Below, piece after piece: positions 32,026 through 36,276 of a stretch of DNA of 36,276 nucleotides (position 1 is the first letter of the stretch; every line of letters starts with the position of its first letter). The position numbers and the translations under genes were made by a program. Origin of the DNA: Hydrurus foetidus (lineage: Eukaryota). The notes under the pieces were generated by a model that worked only from the letters and a program-made list of their open reading frames with translations, made no database searches and was not told where the DNA came from. The DNA is taken from contig UYFQ01000358.1 in assembly GCA_900617105.1 (NCBI GenBank), positions 1 through 36,276 on the forward strand, read 5' to 3'.

Positions 32026-35000
32026 CATCCAGGACTGACTGACTGTCTTACTGGGCTGCCAGAGTGAATGTGATAACATACTTACAGGAGCATTGAAGTT
32101 AACAGTGAGGGCTAATCATGATTATGTCTCATTCAGAATTACCACTTAAACGGACAAAGGCATCTTAACTGACAAGACGATGATGATTCCTTTGTGTAGA
32201 AAGATTTGTAGACAATCATTGAGTGTTACGATGTTTATCATTACAATTGTCAGACGGAGTAAAGTGTAGAATGTCATACGTAATAATGTAGACACAACAT
32301 ATTGCGCGGCAATGATTCGAAATAGCACTGAGCGTCGAGAACGCATGATCGGATTGGTGAAATAGTACTGCAGTCTACGAATATTTTTTTGATGCGAAGG
32401 ATGATATGGCAATAAGTGTAGCAACTAAGTGTAGCAGTAAAGTGGAAGTAATAAATATTTAGAATAATTGTTACGCACCTTATTGCTCATATTTGAATAC
32501 GTCCGTCGGATGTCACTATCGCTATTTATATTCTCTCCTCTCTCCTCCTCTCTCTCCTCTTATCTCTCCTCCTCTTCTCTCTCCTCTCCTCCTCTCCTAT
32601 CTCCTCCTCTCCTCTCTTCTTCTCTCTCCTCTCTTCTTTCTCCTCCTCTCCTCTCTCTTCTCTTCTTCTCTCCTCTCCTTATCTCCTCCTCTCCTCTCTT
32701 CTTCTCTCTTCTTTTCTCTCCTCTCTCTCCTCTCTCCTCTCCTTATCTCCTCCTCTCCTCTCTTCTTCTCTCCTCTCTTCTCTCCTCCTCTCTCCTCTCC
32801 TTATCTCCTCCTCTTCTCTCTTCTTTTCTCTCCTCCTCTCTCCTCTCCTTATCTCCTCCTCTTCTCTCTTCTTCTCTCTTCTTTTCTCTCCTCTCCTCTC
32901 TCCTCTCCTTATCTCCTCCTCTCCTCTCTTCTCCTCTCTTCTTTTCTCTTCTTCTCTCTTCTCTTCTCTGTTGTTCCCCTGTAACAGAACTCTCGGACAT
33001 CTCATTGCATGGTTACTAAATACATTTTTATGTTGTTCAATGCCACTTCTTTCTTCATGCTCACTGTATGTACATCGATTAGATAAAATAAGATAAGAGG
33101 AAAGAGCGTGCAAATTCTCCACTACCTTTTTCACTACCTAATTAATAAATTTATTCACTACCTCCTTCACTACCTCCCTCACTACATTCTTCACTGATGA
33201 CAGATGGTGGGGAAATTTGTGCTTGGTCCTGTGACGGACCTGATAGGAGGGGATGCAACGATGCAGGGAAGTATGTTGGTGATGGCTCTTCTTCTGTATG
33301 CGTGCGCTACATGCTCCAAAATACAGGTAAATGTGATTTCTTGTTTCTATTGCGTTATATGTCTTATTTAACTGAATTTATCCATCTTGTTTTACTAAAC
33401 AACATTTACCTTCTTTTGATAAACATCAGCCATCTTATATAAGTAAGCGTTGTGTGTTTTATCTCACTAAACTTTGTGTGTTTTATTTTGTGGTGTATTT
33501 AGTATCTTATTTTGTAGTGTATTAAGTATCTTACTTTGTAGTGTATTTAGTATCTTATTTTGTAGTGTATTTAGTATCTTATTTTGTAGTGTATTTAGTA
33601 TCCTACTCTACTGAACAATAATCTTCTCTCGCAAGACAATAAATACCAAATATCTGAATTTGCAAAACACACTACGTGCCTTATTTTAGTATTGCTTCCA
33701 GTTGATTCTTTTCGTCTCTCCTGTTAATTTTCTCTTCGACCTTTTTTCTGTCTTGATTGTCTTCTTTTTTTTCTTCTTTCTTCTAATCTCTTCTCCTTTT
33801 TTTCTTTTCTTTTATCTTCGTGCGTTTGTCTTTTCTACCTTCTCTAATTTTTCTTCCTTTTCTTCTCTTTCCTTGTTTCCTTTCCTTAACTTTTTTCTTC
33901 CTTTTTTTTATAACAGACATTCGGTATGTGCTGGATCGTGTTGAACTTCGTGTATGCTTCGGCATGGGGGGCAGGTCAGGAAATTAGATGCCAATTAAGT
34001 TATGAAAAGTACATGAGAAAAAAGAAATAATAAATGGTGTTCGGAAAATAATTTGTTAAAATTGGTATTTGATTGAAATGAAGAGTAAGAAGGGCTACAT
34101 TCGCTCGCACTCATTATATCTCCCCGTATAATTTCATCGTCCTCTCCTTCCCCACTCTACACTGTCTTCATCGTTCGACATCCAATTATTTGTTTTATTT
34201 TTCCAATCCAATTATCCTTCTCACTTCGTTTTGCTTCGTTCCTTCCTTCGTTCCTTCCTTCCTCTCATTCCTCTCTCTCCTCTCTCTCTCTCTCTCTCTA
34301 TGTATCTGTCTCTCTCGCTCTCTCTTTCTTTCTCGCTCTCTCTTTCTCTCTCTCATTTTAGATTTTTTCCTCTCTTATTTTCTAAATTTGTCTTTATCCT
34401 CCTCTATTTCTCATACCCTCTTTTTCTCGTCCCTTCTTTCCCTCATTTTTTAGTGAGCAAAATAGTGCGCACAAAATTCAATCAAGCAGAATGGGCAAAG
34501 GTAATCGGTCAAGTGGCAGCAGGGTCCAGATTGGGGTCCTTAGGTTCGTCCCTTTTATACGGTACCATACTCAGAGCAGGCATCGCCAAGGGTGGACTGA
34601 TGGAGGTGTTGGGATTGAGCGCGAATAAGGGAGAATGGAGGATCATTTTTAAGGTTTCTGCCATCATACAGGTGAGAACGAACAGATTTAGGGTCAGAAC
34701 AAGGATGTGTAGAGGGAGGGAGGGAGGGAGGGAGAAACAAGGAGGTGCACGTAAGGGGAGGGAGGGAGGGAGGTGTAGAGGGAGGGAGGGAGAGAGGGAG
34801 AAACAAGTGTGGAGTGTAGAATGAGGAGGTCCAGGTATAGGAGGGAAGTAAGGAGGTGTAGAGGTAGGAGATGATGGAGAATAGGTGTTAGAAAGAGAGA
34901 AGAGAAGAATCAAACAACCATTACTCGCATCCCTCATCTTCCTGTTTTTTATTCCCCGTATCCGCTTCACCTCCACTGTTTTTTCTTCTCTCATCTATTA

Positions 35001-35950
35001 TGCATTTCACATCATCCCTTTCCTTTGATGTTGATCCTGTTGTCTCTCATCGTAGAAAGCACCATCCTCTCTGTTTTATTTATTCTATTTTCTATCTCTC
35101 TAATCCCCTTTTCATTCTTCCTTCCTTCTTTTCTTTCTCGTATTTCTTTCATTCTTCCTTCCTTTCATTCTTCCTTTCTTTCTTTTTATTCTTCCTTCCT
35201 TCCATTCTACCTTCCTTTCATTCTACCTTTCTTTCTTTCATTCTTCCTTCCTTTCTTTCTCTTCATTCTACCCTCCTTCCTTTCATTCTACCTTCCTTTC
35301 TTTCATTCTTCCTTCCTTTCTTTCTTTCTTTCTTTCTTTCTTCCTTTCTTACTTTTCCGTCTTTCTTTTTTATACGTAGGCGGCTACATTGCTGATATAC
35401 GTGTTGTGCGACAAGTGTCTCCTCTCCGACAACCCCTCCGCCTCTCTCCCCTCCCTCCCTACCCTCGTCAACATCGCCAACACCAGTACCTCTTCATCGT
35501 CGGGCATGACCACCCCCACCCTACTGACCCCTATCATCTTCCCCGGCTCGGGGGTGAAATCCGTTCCGGCCGCCCCATCGGTAGACCTCCCAGCGACAAT
35601 TCAGAGCTATGGAAGCAGTTCCAATATAAAAAAAGTGGCGTCAGATAGTCAGAGTGACGAGGTGCGGTCATTATACGACACTACATTATAGTGCGTGATG
35701 TTGTACTGTGTTACATCGTGTGAATTCTCTACCTCTTTCTCTTCTTCTTTTCCTCTCTCAATCAATCACGACCTATTTCACTACCTATTTCTCCTCTTTC
35801 TTTTCTTTTCTCAGGAAGTTGTGGAGAGCATTTCTGAAGTGCTTTCCAGAATTAGCCGGGATCCCCGATTCTGGCTGATGTTGGCCGGAAAAGTCTCCCT
35901 CATGGCCGTGGGGCAATTTATCAGTTTCATTCCGCTGTATCTCACCACAG
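31176..35950 (+). CDS. Major facilitator superfamily transporter (GlpT/SLC37-like by inspection), partial; continues past the window
   Basis: Exons 31176-31532, 33204-33326, 33917-33974, 34454-34671, 35380-35661, 35815-35950 splice in frame. Motif A-like GKFVLGPVTDLIGG; SAWGAVSKIVR..F..EW; WRIIF; DPRFWL; FIPLYL. Start codon (31176 vs 31299) uncertain. Confidence 0.85.
31950..32022 (+). repeat. GA-rich microsatellite
   Basis: Directly visible. Confidence 0.9.
32531..32969 (+). repeat. ~440-bp polypyrimidine (CT-rich) degenerate minisatellite in MFS intron 1
   Basis: Almost purely C/T, with a recurring CTTATCTCCTCCTCT unit. Confidence 0.93.
33493..33602 (+). repeat. 24-bp minisatellite (~4.5 copies) in MFS intron 2
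   Basis: Unit GTGTATTTAGTATCTTATTTTGTA. Confidence 0.9.
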
Positions 35951-36276
35951 GTAAGAAGCAAAAGGTTTGGGTGAATTGTAATAAATGAAGTGAGGTGAAA
36001 TGCAACATTGTGAAGTACAGTGTGTAGAAACGAAATGAAGTGTTAATAAGTGAGATGGGATGCATCGAGGTGAACAATGTGACTACGAAATGACAGAGTC
36101 CGAGAAAGGGAGGGGGGTAAAGAGAAAGGGAAAGTAGATAAAGGAGAGGGGTTTCGTGAGAGAGATAGACGTGAACGAAGGCAAATGGAGCAATAAGAAA
36201 GAGAAAGAGAATGGGAGAGACGTATTGCCCTTTATTCTCTGTCTCCAAGCTATTGCTTGTGATAGACCAATTATAC

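Noticed and set aside
32468..33134. Leu/Ser-rich and Glu/Arg-rich ORFs (similar ones at 14955-16023 and 33702-35395)
   Set aside because: Stop-free CT/GA low-complexity tracts in introns or intergenic DNA.
33493..33602. CRISPR-like 24-bp repeats
   Set aside because: Head-to-tail with no spacers, in a eukaryotic intron, and no cas genes.

Overview
Intron-rich eukaryotic genomic DNA. A stramenopile/ochrophyte-like protist is an inference from the protein sequences and a possible bipartite plastid presequence. The left 14.6 kb is an LTR-retrotransposon cluster: three minus-strand Ty3/gypsy-type or gag-like elements, apparently nested one inside another and inside a Ty1/copia remnant (1-9400), followed by a separate, doubly deleted Ty1/copia element with a GAGAG target-site duplication and an in-frame TGA-CTA between gag and pol (10178-14563). 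The right 21 kb holds five host genes, with exons reconstructed by hand: a 7-exon cyclophilin (minus), an intronless coiled-coil protein, a ~2098-aa IRE1 kinase/RNase (minus), V-ATPase subunit c, and a partial MFS transporter. The most striking item is the IRE1: after its KEN RNase domain it carries an intron-split CCCH zinc finger, a poly-S/poly-Q tail and a terminal FPSL motif. No database searches could be run, so novelty is unverified.
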